Position numbers and translations under genes: made by a program. Positions 10,288 to 19,884 of a stretch of DNA of 64,000 bases are shown here, piece by piece (positions within the stretch are counted from its first letter, which is position 1; every line of letters begins with the position of its first letter). Source of the DNA: Akkermansiaceae bacterium (GTDB lineage Bacteria; Verrucomicrobiota; Verrucomicrobiia; Verrucomicrobiales; Akkermansiaceae); assembly GCA_049889715.1 (NCBI GenBank), contig JBMHCW010000062.1, forward strand, positions 6,858 to 70,857. Direction: 5' to 3'. Below the pieces are notes generated by a model. It saw only the letters and a program-made list of their open reading frames with translations, ran no database searches and was not told the DNA's origin.

Positions 10288-10506
10288 ATGTCTCACACCA
10301 TCTCCGGGATCCTCCTCATTCTGGCAGGTTTGTCTTTGTTTCTTTGTGGCCGCCTGAAAAGCGAGGGAAGGATCTATGGCCTCCTCGTGGCCCGGTCTCG
10401 GATACTGTGGGGGGACAAGGTTCATGTTTTTCACCAAGTTGCCGGCGTGATGGTCATCGTGTTCGGGGTCTTGGTGGCTGCCGGCGTTTTCCAGCGACTG
10501 GATTGA
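10288..10506 (+). CDS. Hypothetical small membrane protein (2 predicted TM)
   Basis: MSHTISGILLILAGLSLFLCG...VAGVMVIVFGVLVAAGVF. No homology recognised. Confidence 0.3.
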   Translation: MSHTISGILLILAGLSLFLCGRLKSEGRIYGLLVARSRILWGDKVHVFHQVAGVMVIVFGVLVAAGVFQRLD

Positions 10507-10636
10507 AGATCGCTCCGGTTGCCAAAGTCGAACAGCGCGGGCTGCGAGGTGCTGACGTCGTTGGATAGTTCCGGCCCCGGCAGAGGAGCAGAGGGTGACG
10601 ACGGGAAGGAGATGAAACAGGGAAGAGGATCCTCGT

Positions 10637-12076
10637 TTAGCGAAGTTTGTTCAGGGTGTAGGTGGTGGCGCGGGTGGACATCTTGGTGCCGTCTTTGGCG
10701 CGGATGGAATCGGCGAGCTCGAGGCCGTAGTTGCGGCCTTCCTTCAGGTCACCGTCGGCAAGCTCGATACTGAGCTTGGTGCCGTCGGGAGAGAGGGTGG
10801 TGCTTTGAACATTGATTCCTTTGCGATCCTTCTGGCCGGAGCCGTAGTTGGGTTCGTACGGATAGAAGAAGCTGTGGCCGCTGATCTTGATGTCTTCCGC
10901 CGCGGCGGGTTTGGTGAAGGTGATGTCAAAGCCGGTCTTGGTGAGGCGGACGGTCTTCATCTCGAAGGGGAGGGTCTTGCCGTCCCACCTGATGCGTTGT
11001 ATGCCGAAGGTGGCAGGGCCGACGCTGCCCCAGCCGCGTCCGGTTTGGCCGACCCAGAGCGAACCGTCGGGGTCGAAGGCGAGGCGGATGCAGCCGGACT
11101 GCAGGTGTTGGATGAAGTTGATCACCGCGCCCTGGTAAACGCCGTTCACTTCCTCAAGATCGATGCGGAAGATGTTGGAGCGGGTCTGGTCGCCGACGAA
11201 TAGGTTGCCTTCGAAGGGACCGAATTTTCCGCCGGTGAGGTCGAAGATGGGGTTGCCCGGACTGTTGGCAATTTCGCCATGGGGGATCCAGGCCGCGGGT
11301 GGGGTGCGGATCTTTCCGTAGTCCTTCATGCTGATTTCGTTCAGGTCCTTGTTCTGGTAGTTGGGATGGTAGCGCAGCGAAGCGGGGTGGCCGTGGAAGG
11401 CGTCCTGCGTGATGTGGAAGAGGGCTGAGGTGGCCACGAAGTCACCTTGGTTGTCAGTGTAGAACAGCTCGTCGTTGCGTGGATCAATGCAGATTCCGGC
11501 CGGAGAGCGGAGGCCCCAGGAAATCGTGGAGTAGGTGCCATCGGGAGTGACCTTGAAACTCGTGCCGCGGTGTTTGGCATCGCAGCCCATGATGGCGCCC
11601 TTCACGCGGAAACCGTTATCGTTGTGGCCGAGGTTGAGGGTGCCGTAGAGGTTGCCTTTCGAGTCACGGACCGGGCCGTAGGTATACTCGTGGTAGTTTC
11701 CAGAGAAGCCCCAGCCGGAAGCAATCTCCATGAAGGCGTCGGCAGTGCCGTCCTTGTTCGTGTCGCTGACGCGAGTGAGCTCGGGGCGCTGGCCGATGAT
11801 GACGCTGTTGGGGTGTTCGGGATCAATGAGGAGTCCGGTAATCTCGTGCAGGCCGGTGGCAAAGCGCGACCACGATTCGCTGCCCTTGGGGAGGCGCCAG
11901 ATTTCGCCATAGCGGGTGCCGGCGTAAACCGTGCCGTCCGTGGCGACGTCGAGACCGGTGACATCGAAGCCGGTCTTGGGCGGGTTGGGAATTGTCTCCA
12001 CCGAGTAACCGGCCGGGAGGAGTTCCGGATTCGCGTGGAGCGTGCCAGCGAGAAGAATGGGAATGAGGAATCGCAT
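10637..12076 (-). CDS. Secreted beta-propeller protein (soluble quinoprotein sugar-dehydrogenase-like fold) with C-terminal beta-sandwich
   Basis: MRFLIPILLAGTLHA signal peptide, then repeated blade-like segments (DGTVYAGT, GLLIDP, KGNLYGT, GICIDPRNDELFYTDNQGD, DGSLWVGQTGRGWG). The start ATG overlaps the upstream stop as TAATG. The family call is by pattern only. Confidence 0.7.
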   Translation of the reverse strand: MRFLIPILLAGTLHANPELLPAGYSVETIPNPPKTGFDVTGLDVATDGTVYAGTRYGEIWRLPKGSESWSRFATGLHEITGLLIDPEHPNSVIIGQRPELTRVSDTNKDGTADAFMEIASGWGFSGNYHEYTYGPVRDSKGNLYGTLNLGHNDNGFRVKGAIMGCDAKHRGTSFKVTPDGTYSTISWGLRSPAGICIDPRNDELFYTDNQGDFVATSALFHITQDAFHGHPASLRYHPNYQNKDLNEISMKDYGKIRTPPAAWIPHGEIANSPGNPIFDLTGGKFGPFEGNLFVGDQTRSNIFRIDLEEVNGVYQGAVINFIQHLQSGCIRLAFDPDGSLWVGQTGRGWGSVGPATFGIQRIRWDGKTLPFEMKTVRLTKTGFDITFTKPAAAEDIKISGHSFFYPYEPNYGSGQKDRKGINVQSTTLSPDGTKLSIELADGDLKEGRNYGLELADSIRAKDGTKMSTRATTYTLNKLR

Positions 12077-15009
12077 TACTCTGATGTTCTGAGGGTGAGG
12101 GTGAGGGTGAGTTTGGAAGGAACGCCGGAGAGGTGCAGTTCGTGATCGCGCCAAGTACCGGCCGAGCTGATGCGGATGAGGTCTGCCTTGGGATCGGTGG
12201 TGACGATGAGGGGAGATTCATTGGCTTTGTGAAAGGTGAATTCGTGGGTCAGGCCATCTTCACCGGCCTTGCTGATGGTGTGCTCGATTTCCATCGCCCC
12301 GTAGCGGTAGAGGAAGGCCGGAGCGCCGTTTACCAGACGGTAGCCTTGGTAGTCGTAATTCGGAGTCTTGTCAGTGGCGGTGAGCTTGAAGGGGAAGCCA
12401 GCGAAGCCGCTGGAAAACTTCTCGCCGAGGATCTGGCACATCCCGCCGCCGCGATGAATCCCTCGACCGCGGTCGGGCCCGATGTCGAGGAAGCCACCGG
12501 ACCAACCGTAGGGGACGAATCCGTTGGCGGCGTCAAAGGCGTAGTTGGTGCCGCCGGGAAGGCCGACCGCAATGGACCGCGGGGAGGTGTCCGGAATGTT
12601 GGCGCGCTGCACCACTGGTGACTCGCCGACCTTGAGGTGAAACTCCTCCTCCTTGTGCGGCACGCCGACCCGGCCGGTGCGGTTGAGCTTCACGTGACCA
12701 AAGAAGCCGTGCTCGGAGGTGAGGTTGAGTTCGGGATCACCGTCGTGGTTGAAGAACTCGAGGCGCAGCTTCCGTTGTCCGGGCTTTATGCGGTGCGTGC
12801 CCTTGCGCTCCTCCCAGGCGTCGTGGAGGCCGTCGTGGTCAATGACCAGCTCGTCGTCCAGGTAGAGCCGCGTGCCGTTGTTCGACTGTATCTTGAAGGG
12901 TTGGGCATCCCATTCACGGACCGTGGTGTGGGTGGCTTCGAAGACGAGAGCGAAGTCCTTCTCCCGTTTTGCGGCACGGAGATCGAGAAACTCGCCGGCG
13001 ATGCGGCCTTCGTAGGCCGGTTTGAGCTGGGAGAAGTCGGGCAGCTTGTCCCAGACGCCTTCGTAATACTTGTAGGTGATGTTGCTGAGCCCGCGTTTGC
13101 CGATCACCATTTCGCCCCGCATGACTTGGGCGTGGCCCGGATAAGTGCAGACGAAGGGGTAGCGGTTGATGTCCTCGGGGGCGGTGAATGTGATGGTCTG
13201 CGATTCGTGGGGTTTCAGCATGCTGGTGGCGTGCCGGATGAACTCGTGCTCGGGCAGCCAACCCTTTGCTTCTCCTTCCGCGCCGAGTTTGAGGGCGGCC
13301 TCGGCGACGCGCATTTCGCTGTCGTGTTGCGGAGCGCAGATGACGAGGTTGTGGGCGAGCTCGTCGGGGTTGGCGAGGGTGAGGTTGATCTTCTCGCCTG
13401 GGAAGACATGGAAGCGCGTTTGGTCGAAGGAGAGTTTGCCGGGGACGGCATTGATGAGGATGTCGCGGGTGTTGCCAGCGGCGGTCTTGGGGATTTCGCC
13501 ACCGGTCGGGCCCTTGGGCAGAACCCAGATGTTGCGGAAGCGGACCGGGTTGCCGTGGTCCTGGAGGTGGAGCGGGCCGAGCGGCCCTTCATCGCCGAGT
13601 GGGGCCGCGGTGGTGGGCGTGGGGACTTCGACGTCGTCCTGCACCAACACGCCATTGAGGTAGACCGTCATGCGGGCATTGGCGGTCTTCTTGCTTTCGG
13701 CATCGAAACGCGGGGCGGTGAAGTGGACGTCGTAGGTTTGCCAGGTGAGGGGAGGAAGGCACATGTTGAGCTTCGGCTTGGAAGTGCCGTAGATTCCTCC
13801 GGTGTTGCCTTCGTTGAGATCGGAGCCAAAGGAATCGAGGACCTGGACTTCGTAGCGGCTCTGCAGATAAACTCCGCTGTTGCCACGACCTTGACCCCGC
13901 TCGAGGGGACGGTAGGGAGTGCGAAACTCGAGGTGGAGGTGGTGGTCGCCGAAGGTGAGGTGGCCGATGTTGCCTTCGCAAAGATGGCCGTTGCTGTCGA
14001 CCCGGGCGTTCTTGAAGGCTCGGGAATCGAGCCCGTCGTAGAGGTAGATCGCATCAATAGGAGGTTCCTGGCCGAGGGTTTTGCTACCGCGCTCGACGCG
14101 CTTGAGTTCTCCCTGGTTGTCCGCCCCGGCGGTCTGGCGGCGGACGAGGCCGTCTTCGAGCGTCCAGGTTTCGCCGTTCTCGCCGAAGACCACTTGGTCG
14201 TCGTTCCGGGTGGCGCTGTAGCCGCGCTTGGCGAGGTTGCCGCCGGCGCCGGGGAGTCCGCCGTCGTAAAGGCGGGCCTCGAACTTGCCCTGACCCATGG
14301 CGATGATCTGAAGTCCGTAGCGTTTTCCATCGATTTCGCCGGCATACTCACCTTGGACGAGGAAGTCGGGATCGTGTTTGGCTGCAGCCTCGGGGGTGAG
14401 ATAGGTTTGCGGGTATTTGGGATCGACGCCGGGATCAGGAAGACCGTGCTTGGAAGGCGGCTCGCCAGCGGTTTCCTGACCGGGGTTGTTTGGCGTGACC
14501 GAGCCGTTGAGTTCCTGGAGAAAGAAGCCGGGGCCGCTCCACTTCACCTCGAGCGATTCGCCGTGGAGGTTTTCGAAGTATTGAAGCTCGAGCGCTCTCT
14601 CGCCTTTGGTGAGCTTGATCGTGTTCGTCTTCGGATTGTTTCCACCATGCACGCCGTCGTGGTCGACGATCACCTCGCCATCAATGAGCAGGCGCGTGCC
14701 GTCATCGGAGTCGAGGGAGAAGAGATACTCGCCATCGCTTGGAACGAGCAGTTTGGAGCGAAAGCGGAGACCAAAGTGGTTGCGATCGCCCTCGGACTCG
14801 AGGACGAAGCGCCCCTCGGGGAGACTGGCGTTCTTGGTCGGTTTCAGCTCATCGAAGTTCGGCAGCTTCTCCCAGACGCCCTTGTAGTGTTCATACTTCA
14901 GTTCGCGCAGGCCGGCATCGGGGAGCGGTTCCTGGGCGGGGAGGGTGGAAGTGAGTGCTGCCGCAAGGAGCGTAATGGCAAGAAGGTGAGTTTCAGGATG
15001 CATGCGCAT
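12076..15009 (-). CDS. Large secreted multidomain protein: PA14 - DUF1080 (3-keto-disaccharide hydrolase-like) - azurin-like cupredoxin - PA14 - C-terminal domain
   Basis: There are two PA14-like blocks (YKGVWEKLPNFDELKP...DDGTRLLIDGEVIVDHDG and YEGVWDKLPDFSQLKP...NNGTRLYLDDELVIDHDG). The DUF1080-like block is HLHLEFRTP...GNSGVYLQSRYEVQVLDS...LHLQDHGNPVRFRNIWV. The type-1 copper site is YPFVCTYPGHAQVMRGEM, compared with azurin CTFPGHxxxM. The start is at one of the Mets of MRMHPE. Confidence 0.85.
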   Translation of the reverse strand: MRMHPETHLLAITLLAAALTSTLPAQEPLPDAGLRELKYEHYKGVWEKLPNFDELKPTKNASLPEGRFVLESEGDRNHFGLRFRSKLLVPSDGEYLFSLDSDDGTRLLIDGEVIVDHDGVHGGNNPKTNTIKLTKGERALELQYFENLHGESLEVKWSGPGFFLQELNGSVTPNNPGQETAGEPPSKHGLPDPGVDPKYPQTYLTPEAAAKHDPDFLVQGEYAGEIDGKRYGLQIIAMGQGKFEARLYDGGLPGAGGNLAKRGYSATRNDDQVVFGENGETWTLEDGLVRRQTAGADNQGELKRVERGSKTLGQEPPIDAIYLYDGLDSRAFKNARVDSNGHLCEGNIGHLTFGDHHLHLEFRTPYRPLERGQGRGNSGVYLQSRYEVQVLDSFGSDLNEGNTGGIYGTSKPKLNMCLPPLTWQTYDVHFTAPRFDAESKKTANARMTVYLNGVLVQDDVEVPTPTTAAPLGDEGPLGPLHLQDHGNPVRFRNIWVLPKGPTGGEIPKTAAGNTRDILINAVPGKLSFDQTRFHVFPGEKINLTLANPDELAHNLVICAPQHDSEMRVAEAALKLGAEGEAKGWLPEHEFIRHATSMLKPHESQTITFTAPEDINRYPFVCTYPGHAQVMRGEMVIGKRGLSNITYKYYEGVWDKLPDFSQLKPAYEGRIAGEFLDLRAAKREKDFALVFEATHTTVREWDAQPFKIQSNNGTRLYLDDELVIDHDGLHDAWEERKGTHRIKPGQRKLRLEFFNHDGDPELNLTSEHGFFGHVKLNRTGRVGVPHKEEEFHLKVGESPVVQRANIPDTSPRSIAVGLPGGTNYAFDAANGFVPYGWSGGFLDIGPDRGRGIHRGGGMCQILGEKFSSGFAGFPFKLTATDKTPNYDYQGYRLVNGAPAFLYRYGAMEIEHTISKAGEDGLTHEFTFHKANESPLIVTTDPKADLIRISSAGTWRDHELHLSGVPSKLTLTLTLRTSE

Positions 15010-15217
15010 TGATCTACCCATTACTGGGGGGATTGCGCTGGTTTTTCAGGCGACAGGGTCTGCCAATGGTTTCTGCTTGGGGTGGCCAGAGTGGAGAGGG
15101 TGACAGGGGGGCTTGGAGAGATTGGAGGTGGGAAGAGCACCCATGAGCAAGCTTTGTTGCCGTGGCCGAAGGGGATCTTGAAGTTTGATCCTTTCTATAG
15201 CAGGCTGGAGAGTAGCC

Positions 15218-15700
15218 ATGAACCGCCTTTTGACCCCTTTGTTGATTCTCAGCCTGTCGGTTCCGCTGGTCCATGGTGATCCGGCTATTCATTTGAAGCC
15301 GGGATTCTATGCGGGAGATGATCCAAGGTTGAAGACCTTGAGTGCTTTGAGAAAGAAGGCAGACCTTCACATCAATCTTTCCTGGTATGCCGGGATTTCG
15401 ATTGGAGATGAGTCCAATTTGACCTTGAAACAACTCAAGAAGGCTGTGGGGAAAATGGAGAAGAAGGCGTTGGCTTCGGTGATGCTGGAGAAGAACTACA
15501 CTGACCAGAAGCTTCATTTGGATGTGGAGAAAGTCCTGCTTGAGTCGGGTTTCAAGGCGGTTCTCATCGTGGGGGCCCATTCGAGTGGAATGAATCTTGA
15601 GAAGTATTCCGTCCGAAATGGAAAGAAGGAGTCTGGGAAGTCCAAGCCAAGGTCGAAGAAGCACGAAGGTGAGAAGAGTTCTTCCCCCGAGCGGCAATAG
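15218..15700 (+). CDS. Hypothetical secreted protein with Lys/Ser-rich tail
   Basis: MNRLLTPLLILSLSVPLVHG signal peptide. No domain recognised. The antisense ORF 15014..15697 looks like noise. Confidence 0.5.
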   Translation: MNRLLTPLLILSLSVPLVHGDPAIHLKPGFYAGDDPRLKTLSALRKKADLHINLSWYAGISIGDESNLTLKQLKKAVGKMEKKALASVMLEKNYTDQKLHLDVEKVLLESGFKAVLIVGAHSSGMNLEKYSVRNGKKESGKSKPRSKKHEGEKSSSPERQ

Positions 15701-15736
15701 TTATCCCATTGATCCAAGTGATACGTTCCTTCCTCA

Positions 15737-15958
15737 TTGATCGCCAGTGGTCTGATGATCCTGGTTGGAAGTTATGTCGCAGGAAATCCGCGTGTGTTGT
15801 CGGAGGGAAGTCTTCCCTTGCTGGCGCTTGCCCTGCTGGTCTGGTTCGGAGGGTGTCTTGTTCTCGCTGGGTATCACAAGGTTTCTAGACAAACGAGCAG
15901 GGGCAGCGGCGATCACTTGTTGGAGGGTTCTGAAGCAGGTTCGAATCTACCCAGTTGA
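15737..15958 (+). CDS. Possible small membrane protein (2 TM)
   Basis: MILVGSYVAG...LPLLALALLVWFGGCLVLAGY. It competes with the N-terminal extension of ORF 15765..16523. Weak call. Confidence 0.25.
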   Translation: MIASGLMILVGSYVAGNPRVLSEGSLPLLALALLVWFGGCLVLAGYHKVSRQTSRGSGDHLLEGSEAGSNLPS

Positions 15959-15992
15959 TTCGTTCAGGCCGGGAGCTTCAACTTATGAACTA

Positions 15993-16523
15993 ATGATGAA
16001 GACTTTAGTGATAATGATTGGGCTCGTGGCAGCCAGTTTTTCGTACGGTGGTGAATCAGCCCTGACCACGACCTATCAGCCGATGATGGGACTTCGTTCG
16101 GGAGGAGTGGTTGTGGTTCCTGTGACTTGTCATCATTGGTATTCCAGTGGTGTTGGATCAGCGGTCGATTTGATTCATTTGAGAAACGTTCCTCCGACGG
16201 ACAATCCCAAGGGGGCGACGGAGGATTTGAATCTCGCGTCTCGATGCGGATTGAAGTTTTCCACCAATGATCTCGGTTTGAGGGATTCCACTCCCATGAT
16301 TCTTTTGGATGCTTCGCGGTTCGATGAATCGAAGTTGGCTGGTTACGATAAGGAGGCAACCATCAAGGCCTCACTCGAATGTCTCCGTCGATGTCTCCCG
16401 GCAGTGTTGGTCAATACAAAGGTCACTTTGAAGTGCAAGGAGGTCGACAAAGGTTGGCTTTCGAAGATTGTGGATCAATTCAATGCGGCTCCGAGGGGGA
16501 AGCCATTCTATAAGAACCTGTGA
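15993..16523 (+). CDS. Hypothetical secreted protein
   Basis: MMKTLVIMIGLVAASFSYG signal peptide at an internal ATG of track ORF 15765..16523. No domain recognised. Confidence 0.5.
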   Translation: MMKTLVIMIGLVAASFSYGGESALTTTYQPMMGLRSGGVVVVPVTCHHWYSSGVGSAVDLIHLRNVPPTDNPKGATEDLNLASRCGLKFSTNDLGLRDSTPMILLDASRFDESKLAGYDKEATIKASLECLRRCLPAVLVNTKVTLKCKEVDKGWLSKIVDQFNAAPRGKPFYKNL

Positions 16524-16865
16524 ATTGGCAGATCGGATGGTCTGAACTGAAAGTAACCTGAAGTTCCGCTCATCATGGAACAGCATTTTTGAAAGCCCCG
16601 GGCCTTTCTGGTTCTGAGTTCTTTGTTCTTCGGAATCTTCGTTGCCCTACTTTTCTCCTTGCTCTGGTTTGCTGTTCCTTTGCTGAGAGAGTTTCCCCTT
16701 GAGGTGTGATTCGCCTCACGTCGTTGGCTTGTTTCTTGGGTTTGTGGTGGGAGTCGACGGAGGGATCTTGTTGAGCAGGGGAAATCTTGTTCATGGAATG
16801 GACAAAATTGAGGATTCCCATGAAGTGACTCGCCACCCTGGGAGTGGGCCCTATGATCAAAGGCC

Positions 16866-18527
16866 ATGCGTTTCTTCAGTCGAACACAATCCCTCTGTCG
16901 ATGGGCTGCGGTGTCATTCCTCCTCATGGCATCATCTGCCGTTGCCAGAACCAACGTGGTCCTGATTCTGACCGATAACCAGAGTTACCATGAGCTTGGT
17001 TGCCATGGGCATGAATCGGTCAAGACTCCCCACATCGACAAGTTGGCCGGGGAGAGTGTTGATTTCACCAACTTCCATGCACCGCCTTATTGTTCGCCCA
17101 GTCGTGGGCTGATGTTGACGGGGCGCTATGCCCTTCGATTCGGGATCCACAACACTGTGGGAGGCGTTTCGATCCTTCACAAGGACGAGACCACGATTGC
17201 CGATCTTTTGGCAAAGGCCGGATATGCCACCGGGATTTTTGGGAAGTGGCATCTGGGGATGTCTTATCCTTACTCACCTCGTTTTCGGGGTTTCCAGGAG
17301 ACCTTCATTCACGGCGGGGGAGGGATCGGGCAATTGGAGGACTTCTTCGGGAACGATCATCTGGATGCCACCTATTGGGCCAATGGCAGGGAGGTGGCGT
17401 CCGAGGGGTTTTCGACCGACGTGCTCTTTTCGCGGGCCCGTGATTTCATCGGCCGGAACAAGGAGAAGCCGTTCTTTTGTTTCATCTCGACTCCGGCCAC
17501 CCACAAGCCGTGGCAGTCACATCCCGAAGTGGCGAAGCGGATCACGGCCCGGTCCGGGGAGAGCAAGATGCTTCCACTTCTTTCGATGATCGAGAACATC
17601 GACGACAATGTAGGCCTCGTGCTGAAGCAGCTGAACGATCTTGGCTTGCGTGACAAGACCTTGGTGATCCTGGCCAGTGACCAGGGGATGACGAATCGCG
17701 GGGCTCCGGCGAATTCGCCGGAGAATCCTCCGTCGCGTTCTTTCGACAGCCGGCATCATGTGTTTTGCATGATGCGTTATCCTCCGGTGACGAAGAAGCC
17801 CGTTCGTAGCGACGCCCTTGCCGGAATGGTGGACATGGCCCCTACGATTTTGGATTTCTGTGGGGTGAAATCTTCCAGCGAGCTTGATGGGCGAAGCTTG
17901 CGACCTCTGTTGGAAGGGGCGAAGCGATGGGCGGACGATCGTGAGTTAATTGTCCAGTGTCCCCGGGGTCGGGAACGAAAGAAGTGGCACAATGCCTCGG
18001 TCAAGACCCAGCGATGGCGCTTGGTGGGTGGTGAGAAGTTGTACGATCTGGAGAACGGGGATGCCGAAGTGGCTGCCGATCATCCGGAGGTGATCAAACG
18101 ACTTGCGACCAGTTATGAAAAGTTCTGGAAGAGTCTTCCTCCAACCGAGGAGGTCTTGAGCAGGCACATCCTCGGGGTGGAAGACACCCGCCTCAACGGG
18201 ATGGATTGGTATCAAGGAGGATCTCCCTGGAATCCGAGTCACTTCAAGCGTTTGTCCTCCGGAGTTTGGGCGATCGAAGTGGCCAAGGCGGGTCGTTATC
18301 GGCTTGAGCTCCGCCACTACCCGCGAGAAGCCGGCAAGGCGATCGGGGCCACTCTGGCGCGGGTGCGGATTGGCGAACAGACGGTGGAGAGCGAGATCAG
18401 CAAGGACGCCGATCATGTCATCGTTGAACTTGATTTGAAGCCGGGGAACTATGACTTCGAGGCCACCTTCTCCAATGATGAGAAGAAGTGGGGATCGTAC
18501 TTCGTGTATGCTTCGCTGTTGAAATAG
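16866..18527 (+). CDS. Cys-type sulfatase (arylsulfatase family), secreted
   Basis: Signal peptide, NVVLILTDNQ, and the signature CSPSRGLMLTGR (C-x-P-x-R). 553 aa with a C-terminal extra domain. Confidence 0.9.
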   Translation: MRFFSRTQSLCRWAAVSFLLMASSAVARTNVVLILTDNQSYHELGCHGHESVKTPHIDKLAGESVDFTNFHAPPYCSPSRGLMLTGRYALRFGIHNTVGGVSILHKDETTIADLLAKAGYATGIFGKWHLGMSYPYSPRFRGFQETFIHGGGGIGQLEDFFGNDHLDATYWANGREVASEGFSTDVLFSRARDFIGRNKEKPFFCFISTPATHKPWQSHPEVAKRITARSGESKMLPLLSMIENIDDNVGLVLKQLNDLGLRDKTLVILASDQGMTNRGAPANSPENPPSRSFDSRHHVFCMMRYPPVTKKPVRSDALAGMVDMAPTILDFCGVKSSSELDGRSLRPLLEGAKRWADDRELIVQCPRGRERKKWHNASVKTQRWRLVGGEKLYDLENGDAEVAADHPEVIKRLATSYEKFWKSLPPTEEVLSRHILGVEDTRLNGMDWYQGGSPWNPSHFKRLSSGVWAIEVAKAGRYRLELRHYPREAGKAIGATLARVRIGEQTVESEISKDADHVIVELDLKPGNYDFEATFSNDEKKWGSYFVYASLLK

Positions 18528-18742
18528 GGGCGGCAGGTTGAGACGTCGAGAATGGCTCCGACTTCCTCATCATAGAACTGGCATCTCCATGCCGGGCATC
18601 GCCATGCTATCGTTCGTTCTTGCCCGGGTATTCATTTCCAGGAAATGACCTCGACCGGGCAGTCTCATCGTATCGAGGAGATCAATGCTTCGATCACGAC
18701 AATCGATTTCCCGAACAGTCAAAGAATCCCCAGTCTGGCGTC

Positions 18743-19183
18743 ATGAAATGTCCGGCTTTGTCCCTCATCTTATTCTTGCTGGCCTCTCTCATCCCGGCCA
18801 TGGCCGATGATGATCTTGAGAGGAAGAAGCTAGAGGGATTGTGGAAGGTTGTTGATCTTGAGTTTGAGGGGAAGAAGGCGAACAAGGCTTCGATCTCAAA
18901 AATGCGCATCCTGTTCAAAGGAGAGGCGGTATCGGTAACGGGCGAGGAAAAGGACCTTTTCCTTTATCGGGTCGATACCTCCACCAAGCCGAGGGAGATG
19001 GATCTCGCGACTCTCAAGGAAGGCTTTCTGGCGATCTACCAATGGGACGGGGAGACCTTGAAACTCTGTTTATCCCAGAAGGAAGGGGAGGAGAGACCAA
19101 AGGGTTTCGAGACTCAAGGGACGAAGAATTTCGTGCTGACGATGAGGCGGGATAAGTCTCCTTCGAAAGAGGATGTTGATTAA
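18743..19183 (+). CDS. TIGR03067-type lipocalin-like secreted protein (Planctomycetes/Verrucomicrobia family)
   Basis: Signal peptide MKCPALSLILFLLASLIPAMA. The pattern LEGLWKVVDLEFEGKK...FKGEAVSV...PREMDL...AIYQWDGETLKLCLS...RPKGFET matches the family consensus as I remember it. Confidence 0.65.
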   Translation: MKCPALSLILFLLASLIPAMADDDLERKKLEGLWKVVDLEFEGKKANKASISKMRILFKGEAVSVTGEEKDLFLYRVDTSTKPREMDLATLKEGFLAIYQWDGETLKLCLSQKEGEERPKGFETQGTKNFVLTMRRDKSPSKEDVD

Positions 19184-19239
19184 TGTCCGGCTACGATCGC
19201 TTTTGACTTCGGCTGGCCCCGGGTGTTAGGAATGGCGCC

Positions 19240-19884
19240 ATGTCGCATGGATATTCTGCCGCGAATCTCCTTTCCAAGTTTGGGGAAGAGGGAGTGAAGC
19301 TTGGTGATCTCAAGAAGATGGCCAAGGAGATCAAAAGGGATCATGAGCTGGCGGTGGAGTTGTGGAAGGACGGTGGGTTCCGGCCCCGGATGCTGGCGGT
19401 CTTGATCATGGACAAGCGCCTGTTGAGCCAGGAAGTGCTTGATGGATTGGCCCATGATCTAGCGTCGAATGAGCCGGGCGAGAGAGAGCAGATTGCCGAT
19501 TGGTTGATGGCAAATCAACTGATGAAAGACCGGAAGACCAAGGCATTGCTTGAGGAGTGGGAGAATGAGGATGCCCCTGTTTTAAGAAGATTGTTCTGGT
19601 ATCATCAGGCCCGCCTTCGTTGGACCGGGCAGACGCCTCCGGACAATTCGGTAGAGTTGTTGGATTCTCTCGAGGCCAAGATGGAAGGGGCGGAGCCGGA
19701 GGTCCAATGGGCCATGAATTTTGCCGCCGGGCAGATAGGGATTCACGAGCCGGAGCATCGGTCGCGTTGCTTGGCTCTGGGAGAACGGTTGGGCCTCTAC
19801 AAGGATGAACCGGTGTCGCGCGGATGTACGCCGAATTACTTACCCGAGTTCATCCGCATCGAAGTGGCCAAGCGCGAGGGATAG
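19240..19884 (+). CDS. DNA alkylation repair protein (AlkD/AlkC-like HEAT-repeat family)
   Basis: ELAVELWKDGGFRPRMLAVLIMDK...VQWAMNFAAGQIGIH...GCTPNYLPEFI resembles COG4912-type proteins. Pattern-level only. Confidence 0.6.
   Translation: MSHGYSAANLLSKFGEEGVKLGDLKKMAKEIKRDHELAVELWKDGGFRPRMLAVLIMDKRLLSQEVLDGLAHDLASNEPGEREQIADWLMANQLMKDRKTKALLEEWENEDAPVLRRLFWYHQARLRWTGQTPPDNSVELLDSLEAKMEGAEPEVQWAMNFAAGQIGIHEPEHRSRCLALGERLGLYKDEPVSRGCTPNYLPEFIRIEVAKREG

Noticed and set aside
12637-15012. 791-aa + strand ORF
   Set aside because: It is the exact antisense shadow of the PA14/DUF1080/azurin gene. Its composition (V/E/G/A/L runs, no motifs, no signal) is typical of the reverse frame of a GC-rich gene, while the minus-strand product has multiple recognisable domains.
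15014-15697. 227-aa - strand ORF
   Set aside because: It is antisense to 15218..15700, which has a proper signal peptide. The minus product is Leu/Arg/Gln-rich with no features.
15938-15947. tRNA T-loop-like GGTTCGAATC string
   Set aside because: The flanks cannot form a T-stem (GCAGG vs CTACC) or an acceptor stem, and no cloverleaf can be drawn. It is treated as chance or at most a relic, not a tRNA gene.
16524-16865. Long intergenic gap inspected for an RNA gene, riboswitch or small ORF (16573..16860 minus, 95 aa)
   Set aside because: I could find no convincing conserved-looking secondary structure or known riboswitch core. The 95-aa ORF is highly basic and featureless. The gap is left unannotated.
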